From the NCBI GenBank assembly GCA_002256025.1, contig NKIB01014897.1, positions 1 through 39,670 of the forward strand: a stretch of 39,670 nucleotides of DNA. The letters are read 5' to 3'. Source of the stretch: Asterionella formosa. Lineage: Eukaryota. Below are positions 22,696 through 34,924 of the stretch, piece by piece. Positions within the stretch are counted from its first letter, which is position 1. Each line of letters opens with the position of its first letter. The translations under genes and the position numbers were made by a program. Below the pieces are notes generated by a model that saw nothing but the letters and a program-made list of their open reading frames with translations, searched no databases and was not told the DNA's origin.

Positions 22696-25453
22696 ATGAA
22701 ATTTGATTTTGCCGTGCAATCGCTTATTATGGCGCAAGTTCTTTTCTCGTTGCTCAGTGCATCTCGATATGCATCGTTCAGATTGACTGCTCGTGCCTTC
22801 AGTGCTCCTTCGCGGAGACTAGCAAACGGAGGTCGCTCTCTGAGCTCGAAAACCTCCATTTCGTCTTCCCAGGCTCGCTTTTTCACAGCACAAGTTCAAG
22901 ACGAGGGATTAACGAAGCTCAGTGCAGCTGATGTCGACGACGGTAGAGATTCGGACGTGGACGCACTTTTCGCTCAAATCTTTGACGACGAGCCAGCACA
23001 TTCGAGGGATGCGCTTGATCCACCTTTCTATAATCCCGAAACGACGGACGTGAAGGTACGAGTACACGTTGGTTTTGGTTCGTTGTCAATTTGACAGTCG
23101 CTTGTGATACTTCCTTTCTTTTCAACATGATACTCACACTTTAAATTCATATCCACATGATCTCTAGACTGAGAAGCGCAAATCGCCATCTGAATCTACC
23201 AAAAGCAAATCTTCAAAGGACTTGACCAATCAAGACTTTACTGATGCTGACTTCTTGCAGGTGACAAACCCTCATTGGACCGACGCTGGCTTGCATCCAG
23301 GGATTGTGGATATCCTGAGTGGAAAAGGTATTACAAAATTCACTCCAGTGCAGGGAGAAGCTTTCGGCCCAATTCTTCAAGGCCGTGACGTAATTGGGAG
23401 ATCTAGAACTGGTACTGGGAAGACTCTCGCATTTGGTCTCCCTGCAATGACTCGCATCGCCCAGCTCGCAGAGGAGAGCGGAAACAGGGAAAGGGGCACA
23501 GGCATGATGCGCCGTGGACGTCTTCCATCCATGATTATCCTTTGCCCTACCCGAGAATTGGCCCGGCAGGTGCAGGAGGAGTTGGCTATCATGGCCAAGC
23601 CGCTTGGACTATTTTCCGAGATCTTTCACGGTGGGGTGTCGTACGATCCTCAAGCCAGGGCACTTCGCAATGGTGTCGACATTATTGTTGGAACCCCAGG
23701 TCGCGTTATTGATCACCTTGAACGTGGAAACATGGATCTTTCTGAGTGCCACGTTGCTGTCCTTGATGAAGCCGATGAAATGTTGAACATGGGTTTTGCG
23801 GATGACGTGGAAACCATCTTGGATGGTATTGGTTCCAAGAACAGTGAAAAGACACAGTGCCTTCTGTTTTCAGCAACTACCCCAGATTGGGTCAAAAAGA
23901 TTGGTGATAGATACCAGAAAAATGTGAAATCAATTGATGCAACAACTGAGGTTGGTGGTGCTCGTACTGCCACCACTGTCCGTCATATGGCTATTCAATT
24001 ACCCCCTGGCATGGACTCTAAAATGTCAATCCTTGAAGACATTATTGCTGTAGAAATCTCAAGAGAGAAGGCCGATGACGAAAACAGTAAAGTTGACATC
24101 CATCTTGAGAACAACCCTATTGCAAAAGCTGCAGCGGAAAAGAAAAGAAAGACTGCCGGTGCAATGCAGCAGAAAATCTTCGGCAAGACCATTGTTTTTA
24201 CCGAAACTAAGAGGCAGGCTGACGAACTCGTTTCTGGTTCCATCTTCAAGAGCTTGACAGCTCAGGCGTTACATGGAGATATTGGTCAGAAGCAACGTGA
24301 TTCTACTCTTGCCGCATTCCGTGCAGGGGCCTTCAACGTGCTTGTCGCTACTGATGTCGCAGCCAGAGGAATAGACATTCAAGATGTTGATCTTGTCATT
24401 CAGTTCGACCCTCCTCGTGATGTTGACACTTATGTTCATCGATCTGGTAGAACCGGTCGTGCAGGTAACAAAGGTGTCTCAATTCTATTATTTAGCTCAG
24501 GGCAATCTCGTGACATTGTCCGCATCGAGAGAGATCTTGGTCATGGATTTAAGTTTGAACTCGCTGGTCCTCCGACGACTGAAGCTGCTCTGCGAGCAGC
24601 TGCTACCACTTCCGCCATTGCGTGCAAACAAATTCCCGACGAGACCGCTGAATACTTTATGGACGCCGCCACTAAACTTCTTCAAACTGAAAATGCAGCT
24701 GATATTGTCGCAAGATGCCTTGCTGCCATCTCCAAACGCACTGCCACTGTGCAGACTAGATCACTTTTAACAGGAGAGGTTGGCCAAGTTACTGTAAAAA
24801 TGTCAAATGCAAGCGGACGCCCATTGACTTCCCGCGATGTCATGTTCACTGTTGGAAAGCTCGCACGATTGAGCAATCGCGATGAAGATGGCAATAGTGA
24901 GGGCAGCTTTTCTAGCGACGTCGGAACGATACAAGTGAATGCGGATACGGGTGCTGTTCTCTTTGACATGGATTTTGACGAGGCCAAGAAAATGATTGAG
25001 TTTAGCAAGGGCATCGACACTGGTTCTGATTTTGAGATCGTGAAAGAACTCGAAATCGAACGTGGTAGCGACTTCGGAAGAGGCTTTGGTGGTCGAGGTG
25101 GGGGCCGAGGTGGTAGAGGTGGTGGTGGTAGCAGTTACGGTAGAGGAGGTGGTGGTGGTAGCAGTTATGGTAGAGGAGGTGGTGGTGGAAGCAGTTATGG
25201 TAGAGGAGGAGGTGGTGGTAGCAGTTATGGTAGAGGAGGTGGTGGTAGCAGTTACAGTAGAGGTGGCGACGACAGCTACGGTGAACGAGGAGGTGGTAGA
25301 GGCAGCAGTAGCTACGGTAGTGGCAGTGGCCGGGGATCATCGTCGAGAAGTACAGGATCTCCTTACGGCGAGGGGCGATCCTCGATTGGAAGCTCAGGTC
25401 GAGGAGGAGGTTCCCGTAATCGCTACGAGGGAGGCACCAATGACGGTTGGTAA
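22696..25453 (+). CDS. DEAD-box RNA helicase of the DDX21/RH3-RH7 (GUCT-type) class, probably organelle-targeted, ~881 aa; exons 22696-23055 and 23168-25453
   Basis: Q motif FTPVQ, SRTGTGKT, PTRELA, TPGRVID, LDEADEML, SAT, ATDVAARGID, HRSGRTGRAG; C-terminal RGG/SYG tail. Hydrophobic then Ser/Arg/Ala-rich N-terminus. Phase-0 intron GTACGA(23056)...TAG(23167). An alternative ATG lies at 22729. Confidence 0.92.
25112..25255 (+). repeat. Coding tandem repeat, 5 units of 27-30 bp encoding GRGGG(G)GSSY
   Basis: GGTAGAGG(A/T)(GGT)n(GGT/GGA)AGCAGTTA(C/T) x5 in the helicase tail. Confidence 0.95.
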
Positions 25454-25723
25454 AACTTGGAACCAGCAGAGCATGGGAAGCTATCTCAGGTAGTCAATTT
25501 GGCCCCTTGATGGACAAAAGATTATTAGATTATTCAGTTAAGCACTGTTAGTAAAAGAGTAGTATATACGAGCGCTGCTTATTATATAGTTGAGTTTCTC
25601 ATGTTTTCTAGCATTATTCGTCCTAAAGCACGAATAGTTGCGGTGTTGACGACTGATCGAGTCCGCACGAACAAGCAATCTTAAAAAACTTTTATTTAAG
25701 TAGAAAATGCTCTCGAGCTGAAC

Positions 25724-28700
25724 TCACCAACGACTACCGAGATCTCGTCCACTGTCTCTAGGCCTATCGTTTTGACCAGATGGTCCTCCACGGCGATCAC
25801 CGCCTCTGTCATCTCCAGAACTTCCGCCCCACCGATCGTTCCCACCAGTTTTACCGCCTTCGTAGCGGCCTCCACCATATCCACCTCCACGATCGCTATA
25901 GCTTCCAGTGGCTCTGCTTCCTCCAGTTCCAGCGTTTCGCGCAGAAGGGGGCACATATTTCGCATCCCCACTTCGACTTGTTGGAGTTACTCGGGACGTT
26001 TCTCTACTGTTTCGCTCTCTCGCCATCCGATCGTCTTCCTTCCGTCTAAGTTCAGCCTCGGCCGCTTCCTTCACACGCCTCTCCTCTTCGCGACGAGATT
26101 TTTCTTCTGCTAGCCTTTCTTCCTCTTCTTGCATCTTTTGTTGAGCTTCCTCTTCAGCGATTCGCGCAGCTTCAACTTCTTTTCTACGACGTGCACGAGA
26201 AAACTTCTGGATCTCAGCTTCCATCTCAGCACGCTCATCTTCAGCCTTGCATACTTCCACATGCTTGATTTTTCTACCAGTCATGATTGCGTTCTCAAAG
26301 TCCTTAAGGTAAGAAAAGACTGAGTGCGCCTCAAGTACAGCCTTTTCCTTTACATCGGCCTCCCATTGAAGCTTTGCGCTCTTCGCCCTCTCTATGGTGT
26401 CAGCTTCATAGCGTTCACGATCTTCATTTATCTTCGATTCATATTTTTCCTTGATGAGCGGCAACTCTTCAATGCGAACTGCCCGGACAAGATAATCCAA
26501 ACGCTTGGCTGCCTCGCGTGTTTTACGTTCAGCGTCTTCGCGTTTCTTATTTGCTTTATCTGCATGTTCTTTGGCCAACGCTTCAGTATCAATTTTTGAC
26601 ATCTCCTCTTCTGTCATTTCATCAGTGTTGCGTCCCATAGCTTTCAGGTACTTCTTCTTTTCAACGGCTTCCATTTCTTTCTGGATCTTGCGTAGCTTCT
26701 CCTTTTCGCGCAGACGTTGCTCGCGGGCCAATCGCTTCTCCTCTTCAGCCTTTCGGGCAGCATCTTCAGCAGCCTTATTTTGCTCCGCCTCTCGGATCTT
26801 ATCCTGGGCAAGACGTTCCACTTCTTCTTTGCGTTTCTCGATTGTATCCTTGCGGTCCAAGATGGCAGCGTGTTCTGCCCCTACATGAGCACGGATCTCA
26901 GAGTAAACCTGGGCACGTTTGGCCAGACGCAAAGTCTCATCGGGAGGATGTAGCATCTTGCACACAGCATTCAATTGCTTCGCGAGATTAGTAAGTTGCG
27001 ATCTCATGGCTTCTGACTCCAACTCGGGATCACCAAAGCGCAAGCAACCAGCACGATGGTCAATTCGAACAGCAAGAGTCTTTGTCTGAGTGAACACAAC
27101 AATTGCCTTTTCCACTTGGTCAAAGGGGATGCCCAAACCAGAAGTCAAGCCCTTGACATGATCCATAGAGACAGTATGATATGCTGCAGAGAGATTTGTT
27201 AGGAGCTTAAGCAGCAAAATACTAGTCAAGGGCTTGATGTAGCGAGCCAAAGTATTGTCCTCCACATCATCATTGCTTTCTTCAGAATCAATTGTAGTGG
27301 TGGCACCGATTTCCTGTCGAAGTTTTTCAAGCAATGGTTTTGCAGTTTCAACCATGATTAAAGGATCAGCATTCTCTTCCAACAAGACATAAAGATCACG
27401 AAGATAGTCAGGAACATTCTCCATAACATTCTTGGATCTGATTTCGGTCAACAATGCTTCACGGGTTGGGTGCCGAGTGTGGAAACCTAGGAGAGTTGCC
27501 ATACGAGCCATCTTTTCCTTCACAATATCGTCCTCGATAGTTGACGTAATTCCGTGCTGGACAGTAGCTTTCACAGCAGCAGCATTGGAATTGGAAGGAA
27601 TGCAGAGCGTGGCCAAAAGGACAGCTGACGCATGCATTTGCTTCATTTCCTCACTCATGCTGCGATTGAACTCATTGCAGAGAGTGTAGTACTTGTACCA
27701 AGCAAAGGCATGGAAAAGGTAGTTCTCGCTGACCCAGAACAAGGTGGTGAGTTTTTCATAATATGCGGCCATGAGCTTTGCCTTGGGTGGAGGAGCATTT
27801 GGGTTGGCCTTTCTGCGGGCATGCGAGATTTGCAAGATGTTGTAAATGTCTTCCACTGTGCGGAAACCCTCAGTGTAGAGGTGCAACACAGAAGCAGTTT
27901 CTAACTGGGAGAAACGAGTTTGAAGGTGCAGCTCAATAGAGTCAGTGCTCCAACCTTCCCATCCACGGACCTTGAGAAAATTAGAATTAAAGTAGACCCT
28001 ATTGTGAGCGAACAAACTAGATTTTCCTCATGGGCAATATTTGGAAAAAATAATGGATCTTACCTTGTTGCTTGACTTTCCATCATCTCCAGCAGATGCA
28101 ACGATTCCATACTTTTGGAGATTTCCAAGATGCATACGGAGCATATCACACAAACGACGGAATTCCGTTCGACGCTTGTAGACGCGGCAAAAACGGAGAG
28201 CGCCAAGCGCAGCAGCATGATAAACATGCTCTAGTTTCGAGTTCGATTTGAGAATATCCAAGACAGCTCTATAAGTTTCCCATAGGAACTTAAGTGAAGG
28301 CAAGAGCATGGTCGAATCCCGCTGATTCTTATGCGGGTCTGCGGACATGGTGCTCAACAAAATAGCCTGCGGAGATGCGGCGCCAAGACCTTCTTCAGCA
28401 TCGCCACCGGCATCATCAAGTTCCAATAGAGCGTCAGAAGATGCCTTGGCTTCAGAACACTTTGATTCGGCTTGTTCCATCAAGTATCGAATGACCTTTT
28501 CCAAGGATCCGGGCGCCTGCGATTGACTAAGATTTCGGTACTGGTGCAAACCATCCTTGGCTTCCCGCGATTTGTGGAGTTTCAAACAAAGATTCAAGTA
28601 CGTGATCATGATTGCTTCGTAGGTTGGCGACCATGTCCGGTGGCGACGGCTGGATAGCACCTCATGGAGGAGAGCAAGAGCTGCTTCAGACTGGCGAATG

Positions 28701-28759
28701 GACTCCAGCTCCAGCGCACGGCGAAGCGCCAATTCTGGCTTGTGAAAGAAATTCGACAT
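25724..28759 (-). CDS. EIF3A: Eukaryotic translation initiation factor 3 subunit A, ~980 aa; exons 28759-28064 and 27970-25724
   Basis: N-terminus KPELALRRALEL, AKDGLHQYRN, LKFLWETYRAVLDILKSNSKLE, EFRRLCDMLRMHL, YYEKLTTLFWVSENYLFHA; PCI region; long charged helix with LDYLVRAVRIEE; KYVPP and RG-rich tail. 93-nt phase-0 intron GTAAGA(28063)...AAG(27971). Confidence 0.97.
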
Positions 28760-29484
28760 TCGGAATGGACCTTCTTAGCTTCGACGGCTAACGAGTTATT
28801 CACTGAAGCTTGACTCAGAAAGCAATGAACTTTTGCTTTCGATTGAGGCGTTGATTGAAACAACTGCCTTGAATATGTATCACAACAACCGACGCCGCAG
28901 GGTATAATACGGAGGAAGTATTTCTTTCTACCTGATGCATAATAGGGCACGTATCCCTCTGCTGTCTGCTTCTGCCTGCTTCCCATCCACTGCCTAGAAA
29001 ATGAAGCTCATATCCTTTCTCTAAACAGTGCCACAATGAAAATCATAAATCCAAAAAACTGAGCAGTATAATGGCATGTGTCATGTGTATGTACATATCG
29101 ACATGTGGTACCTGGTACCAGGTACCAGGTACCCTGATACCGGTACCTGGCACCACTTCAATAACAACCGGTATGTGCCCCGTAACAGCATCAGGATTTA
29201 TACTCCTACCAGTATTCGTAGTATACGGGTACGTATGATGTCAAACGTAACACTGCCCCACCCCATCAAATCACATCGGTGTACCGGTATTTTGTATGAA
29301 CCACCTACAAATGCATACCGGTAGCTCACGAAGCTGTTTGAAGACCGTGGACTCTATTTATGTACTACCCCCAGGGGCAGTCCAGAGTCCAGAGTGCGTC
29401 AACACATATGAGGATGTCTACCGGGTATACATAGAATACATTTTTATATGTTGTCTTAAAAATTGGGTTTATGCATCAACTTTT

Positions 29485-29514
29485 TATAATGCACAGTGCT
29501 ATAATGCACAGTGC
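29485..29514. repeat. Perfect 15-bp tandem duplication TATAATGCACAGTGC x2
   Basis: Seen directly at 29485-29499 and 29500-29514. Confidence 0.9.
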
Positions 29515-30001
29515 CTGAATACTGTGTACCTGGTACCAGGTACCGGGTACTCCTCAGGCAGATACCAGGTAATCTCCTTCAATATCATGTTGACGATTGT
29601 GCACATGCAATTGAGCTCATTCTATTTTATGTGGCCATCTGTACGTCAAATACAAGAAGCTGCGAAACCCACAGTTAACATGATCTTAACCTAACTAATG
29701 AATGCAACAAGTAGGACAATCTTGCGAAAGCATGCAACTTGATAGATCCAAGATGCAGGGGGGCGAGATAACGACGGCCAAGTATCGTCATTTCATGAAC
29801 CATTGGATCACCAGGGGCTTTTGTGCGGCAAACCTAGGCAAGCTATCCACAATAACTACTTTGCCACTTCCTCAAAGTGGCATGCAATCAGAAGCATGAA
29901 AGGAGTTGATTCAATTCAATTTTCGATGGTGGAAACTGCAACAGGACACTCTGTGGTCTTGTCATCGAATCTTGACATGCGAACTCATGCTACCGGTAGG
30001 T

Positions 30002-31090
30002 CTATCGAACAGGATGTAGCCATAAAATCACAATGGTCACATTGTCCATGGTACCTCGCTTAAGTGCTTCCGCCACGAGTAGATTGGCCATGTTATCTTG
30101 AAGTGCCTTGCGTCTATAATCTGGTTTCAAGTTTGAATTATGCGATTCCAATAGTGCATGAATGTACGTGACCACCTCTTGGGATGACATAACATCCCAC
30201 AAACCGTCAGTAGCCACGACAATGAATTCATCTTGATCCGATACTTCTATGCGGGTTATGTCGGGTTCGGCTGTAACTGCCGGTCGTTCGGACCTGTCTC
30301 CCATGGCCCGTGACAGAGCTAGATTGCCGTTTACACGGTATACTCCCTGACTTTCAATGGGACGTCCACGTTTGTCCACACGGCCGGACCACACAACTTT
30401 CCCTCCTCGTGATTCAATTCTTGCCTTCTCCTTGGGAGCATTTGGTTTGTGGTCGGTCGTTAGGTCGAGAGCAATCTGTTTTCTGGATAGAACCGCACGA
30501 GAGTCTCCAATATTGGCTGTGAGTATGGCCCGTTGTGTCGCATCAGCATAGATCCAGAGCGCCACCGCTGTGCTTCCTTGAAACGACCAGTGCGAGACTC
30601 GTTGAACTTCACGGTCTACCTTGTCCAGCGCCTTTCTCAGCGCGTCTTCGTAGTCGTCGAGCGATGGATGCGACGCTGTTGCTACCGTTGCTTGGTTATC
30701 CGGTTCATCCCCATGATCAGCGATGGTGGAGCTTTCTCCATTAGTCCCAACCAATGGCAAAATGGAGATAACGTTTGCGTATAGATTTTGCCTGAGATAC
30801 CTTGCCACGGCCCGCCCCCCGTGGCCGTCAAACACCGCCAAAAAGTCCCCGGATGGCGTTTGGAAGTGCTCATCTTCCATGTATGCCCGACCTCCTTGGA
30901 CAGAACATGTCGAGACCTCGTATTTCCATGGCAGAAGCTGAGACCCCGAGCGAATGGTGAAGAGGTTGTGGATAGTGGACGACGAACGAAGAAGGAAGGA
31001 AGGATGACGACTCAGAACCGGACGAGGAGCTCGAAGGACAAGCAACAACATGATGAACGCGACGTGTACTGTCGGGAATTTTCGTTGCAT
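30002..31090 (-). CDS. PP2C (PPM-family) Ser/Thr protein phosphatase with N-terminal signal-like peptide, 362 aa
   Basis: QGGRAYMEDE, VFDGHGG, GSTA, ANIGDSRAVL, DHKP, RVNGNLALSRAMGD, ATDGLWDV, DNVTIV; single ORF. Confidence 0.95.
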   Translation of the reverse strand: MQRKFPTVHVAFIMLLLVLRAPRPVLSRHPSFLLRSSSTIHNLFTIRSGSQLLPWKYEVSTCSVQGGRAYMEDEHFQTPSGDFLAVFDGHGGRAVARYLRQNLYANVISILPLVGTNGESSTIADHGDEPDNQATVATASHPSLDDYEDALRKALDKVDREVQRVSHWSFQGSTAVALWIYADATQRAILTANIGDSRAVLSRKQIALDLTTDHKPNAPKEKARIESRGGKVVWSGRVDKRGRPIESQGVYRVNGNLALSRAMGDRSERPAVTAEPDITRIEVSDQDEFIVVATDGLWDVMSSQEVVTYIHALLESHNSNLKPDYRRKALQDNMANLLVAEALKRGTMDNVTIVILWLHPVR

Positions 31091-31169
31091 AATCGATATA
31101 TGGAATCAATGAATCAGCGTCAAACGGGGCGCTGCACTATGTGTATGGAAGATTGAAACGGGAGATACT

Positions 31170-31218
31170 AGCGGTCAGCGGTCAGCGGTCAGCAGTCAGT
31201 AGTCAGTAGTCAGTAGTC
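31170..31218. repeat. 7-bp tandem repeat x7 with a sequence gradient: (AGCGGTC)3 AGCAGTC (AGTAGTC)3
   Basis: Seen directly, 80 bp upstream of the PP2C ATG. Confidence 0.92.
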
Positions 31219-32428
31219 TGTTTAAAGAGTAGTACCGGTAGATGACATTCTATACTCCTCGTCATGATGAGCTCTGCTCGGCTGCATTAATTAAGTACGG
31301 AATGCATGGTCGTTCCTTTTCCTTTCGATTTACCGGTAGTTACCAGGTAAGACGTGCTGGCTACTTACATGATATGGCTGTACAGTATATACAACTACCG
31401 GTACCGGTAACTTCACATGCAACAATACCCGTTCCGGTAGCTAAGTACCCGGAAGTTAAACTTTTCCAGTTTTCCGGGTGTTTTGTTAAAGCTATAACTT
31501 GTTTTGCTACCGGTAGTTTCCCCAAGTTTTTTTATGAGGCTTGTCAATAAAACCCTATAGTACTTTTAAAGACTAGTTCATAGTTCATTTTAATCATTGG
31601 TCAAAATTGATTTGATACCACGAAAAATCAACTAACAAAACAAAGCTAGTGACTTTCAAATGACCATGGCGGTAATTTTTAAGACAACTATGGATCTAAA
31701 AACAACCTTGAAAGGCAACAGGCCTGTCTATTTGGATTCATTGGAGACTACGTACGACTGTTACAGTAAAAGGGTGAGTTTGTCTATACATACAAAAATA
31801 GGGACAGTATAGTGGAATCAGAGTTTTCTATCTTTGTCGCATATTTTTCATTTATCATGGTGTGACAGTAAGTCATATTCGCTAGTAAAGCTGTACTATT
31901 TCGAGTCGAAAATCAATCAAACAATCAAATCGACATTGAAGCTACAATGTTAAGGATTAGTATTATGCTAAAAATATTTTTCTTAATGAAATCGTAGATT
32001 TGATTATCATTATGCCTTTTGTTGTTGGTTCTTGGCAGTGAGATCTTCCGGTACCATTGTGCTTGTTGGAATGCTATGTTCACTTTATTCTCCCATATAC
32101 TATCATATCGGATTTTCCTTTGTCAACATTTGCCTCCATGTATAACCTTGTATATCAATTATGATGTAACCAATTCTTCATCATCTTGATGGCTTGATTA
32201 TACAGGAGGTTACAAATTTGTTCAATTCTCAGGGTCATGACATAGATCAGCAACTGTGTAACTATAGTCCCGGATGGGCATTCCATAACAAGTCACCAAA
32301 ATTGTCTCGCTTAGATAGTGCCAGGTTACCTATTCAACTCTGCAGTCTACATATACATTGGACTCTGTCATAAAGTAGTGTAGAGCGAGGATCGGTAATA
32401 ATAGTGTATAGAGTGCTTCAAAATTAGA

Positions 32429-34207
32429 TTAGTGGCTGAACTGTCGTTTGTCGCCCTTTTCCTTTTGCCCGTAAGGATTGGAAGCACTGAATGAATGTCC
32501 ATTTGATAATCCCTTCGTCGCTGCATTCTTGGAATTGAGTTTTTGGCCGCTGTTTCGCTTTCCTCCCTTGGCACTGAACGCCAAGTCCACTCGAGGCGGG
32601 GTCGTAAATCCAAACGCCAAACCAACTGCTTGCAAGTCAAGCTCGTGCACATCAAAAATGTCTCGATGAGAATGACTAGCATATGCAAGGAGATAGGATC
32701 GGTATGCATCCTTCGCAGCCTTGTTCAGGTAATAATTCTTTTCGATCAATCGCTGAAGTTGAGACTGCACATTAGATACCTTGTTTGTTGGGAATTCATA
32801 CTCATTTAAGCTGACCTTGGCAGCTTTCAAGTATCGCAAAAAGCCAGTCTCTTCGGGAATCAAAAATAGCAAAGCCTTTCCAGAGCCAGTTGCACCACGA
32901 GCCGTACGTCCAACACGATGAATATATTCCTTTGGATCATCGGGAGGATCAAACTGAATGATCCAATCGACTTTGGGAATGTCCAAACCACGAGCAGCAA
33001 CATCAGTGCAAAGCAACGTCCCGGTGTCAGCCTTACAGAACTGAAAAAAGGTCGTTGTTCGCTTGACTTGCTTTTGCCGTCCATGAATGTCCATCACGGG
33101 GACATCAATGTAGTTCAGGAGTTCAGCGTGAAACTTGACCGAGTTACATGAGGAAAAGAAGACCATAATCTTTTTATTCTTGTTGCGCTTTAAAAAGGAA
33201 AACAACAATAAAAATCTCTTGCTGGAAGGACAAGTCACAAAGCCTTGTTCTAAGCCAGCGGCCGTCGCCTGTGTGGTTTCACTAGGAACTTCAACATAAA
33301 TTGCAGTTTTTTGGTTGATACTCAGACGAGCCAAGTCGTCGACCTTCTTTGTTTGAGTGGCCGAAAATAACATGGTTTGACGTTCCTTTGGTAGGAGCTT
33401 CAAGATCGCACGCAAGTCGTCTTCAAAGCCCTGTTCCAGGATACGATCGGCTTCGTCCATCACAAGAGTCAAGAGATTGCGAACAATGAAACCCTTTGTG
33501 TTCTGCAAATGATCCAAGAGACGACCAGGAGTGCAAATGATGATGTTGACGCCCTTTGCAAGCTTATCTGCTTCCGTCTTCCGGTTGGCTCCGCCCATGA
33601 CGAGTCCATAGGTCTGAGAATGTTTGCCAGCGGTGCAAAGTTCTTTGCAAACTCCATAAATTTGCATGGCCAGCTCACGTGTGGGAGCAATAATAATTGC
33701 ACCTGTCCCATTGCGTGTGGCGAACTTCGCTTTGTGCAAGAGCTCCAAAGTTGGAATAAGAAATGCCAAAGTCTTGCCAGAACCGGTCTTGGCGGCTCCA
33801 ATCAAATCTTTGCCAGCGAGCAAAGGAGGGATCGCCATGCTTTGAATCTGGGTCATGCGGGTGAACTCCATGACGGCGAGGCCAGCTTGTGTAGCTTCTG
33901 AGAGCGGAAGGGACTGGAACGTGCTTTCTTCGCTGGAGTAGAAGTTTGGTTTTTCTCCGGAAACCTCAGATGTGGTGGCGACATCATCTTTTTTTAATTT
34001 CTTGGCATAGGTATTCTCCTCCGACGAATCACTAGACGCAGAACGTTTTTTTGTGTCTTCCACAGCAGGTTGTTCTTCACTGCTAGAATCATCCGAGGAG
34101 GAGTCCGCATCGCCTTCGGAGCTCTCGGAGGAGTCGTTTTCTGTTGGAGGAGGAGGCTCCACCTTCTTGGTAGCTTTCTTCAACGCTTTGGTATTTTTAT
34201 TTGCCAT
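32429..34207 (-). CDS. HAS1: ATP-dependent RNA helicase HAS1/DDX18 (ribosome biogenesis), 592 aa
   Basis: [111 protein letters not shown]. Confidence 0.97.
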   Translation of the reverse strand: MANKNTKALKKATKKVEPPPPTENDSSESSEGDADSSSDDSSSEEQPAVEDTKKRSASSDSSEENTYAKKLKKDDVATTSEVSGEKPNFYSSEESTFQSLPLSEATQAGLAVMEFTRMTQIQSMAIPPLLAGKDLIGAAKTGSGKTLAFLIPTLELLHKAKFATRNGTGAIIIAPTRELAMQIYGVCKELCTAGKHSQTYGLVMGGANRKTEADKLAKGVNIIICTPGRLLDHLQNTKGFIVRNLLTLVMDEADRILEQGFEDDLRAILKLLPKERQTMLFSATQTKKVDDLARLSINQKTAIYVEVPSETTQATAAGLEQGFVTCPSSKRFLLLFSFLKRNKNKKIMVFFSSCNSVKFHAELLNYIDVPVMDIHGRQKQVKRTTTFFQFCKADTGTLLCTDVAARGLDIPKVDWIIQFDPPDDPKEYIHRVGRTARGATGSGKALLFLIPEETGFLRYLKAAKVSLNEYEFPTNKVSNVQSQLQRLIEKNYYLNKAAKDAYRSYLLAYASHSHRDIFDVHELDLQAVGLAFGFTTPPRVDLAFSAKGGKRNSGQKLNSKNAATKGLSNGHSFSASNPYGQKEKGDKRQFSH

Positions 34208-34924
34208 TTCGAATTGATCAAATTCACTACTTATAACGAGGAAGTTTCAGCTTCGTCACTGTTGGGTTGTCTGGAATCGAATGTGAGACGATGAAGAAAC
34301 GATCTTGCAATTAATTCTTTGTTAGAATGTAAGCGTTGGGTTGAATCTCTATTATTTGTATTTATTTGATTGTGTGCCTTATTCCGACACATTGTTCGCA
34401 CAAGTATACATAGTTTTCGGTGGTCCTGGTGACTTAAAGCTCAGAACCCATTTACCGGTAAATCGGATTTGTTTGTGCTTTTTGTTGTATGGTTCTTTTG
34501 TTCAATAAAATGATTACCAGGTACTCCACCCAGGGTAGTCTACCCGGCAGTAATTGTGATGCAGTACATAATGCATACCCGGTAGAATGTATTTGATGTA
34601 CATTAATATGTACCGGTAGTGGACGAGAATATTATATTTATATACATATGTAATACCAATCTATTTCCGGTATTCTACATCCACTATATTTTGTCAATTT
34701 TGCGAATGCAACAGGTCAGAAGGTGGTGTTGGATGCAAATTATTACCGGTAATTACATTGTCTCATTCAACGACTACACACTACGGCAGGTTTCAACAAC
34801 GAACTGTAACTTTGAATAGCTATGAATCCATCTACGATCGGTGAATCCCAATCAGATGGATGGATATAGTTAGATGCATTCGCAAAGCAAGTGTATACTA
34901 CCTGAAAGTGATGAGTATAATACA

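Noticed and set aside
25062..25493. Val/Glu-rich (+) and His-rich (-) repeat ORFs
   Set aside because: Alternative frames of the RGG tandem repeat in the helicase.
29076..29694. ORFs containing YLVPGT/YQVPGT peptides (also at 381-680, 6204-6452, 19744-20219)
   Set aside because: These are translations of the GGTACC micro-repeats, not proteins.
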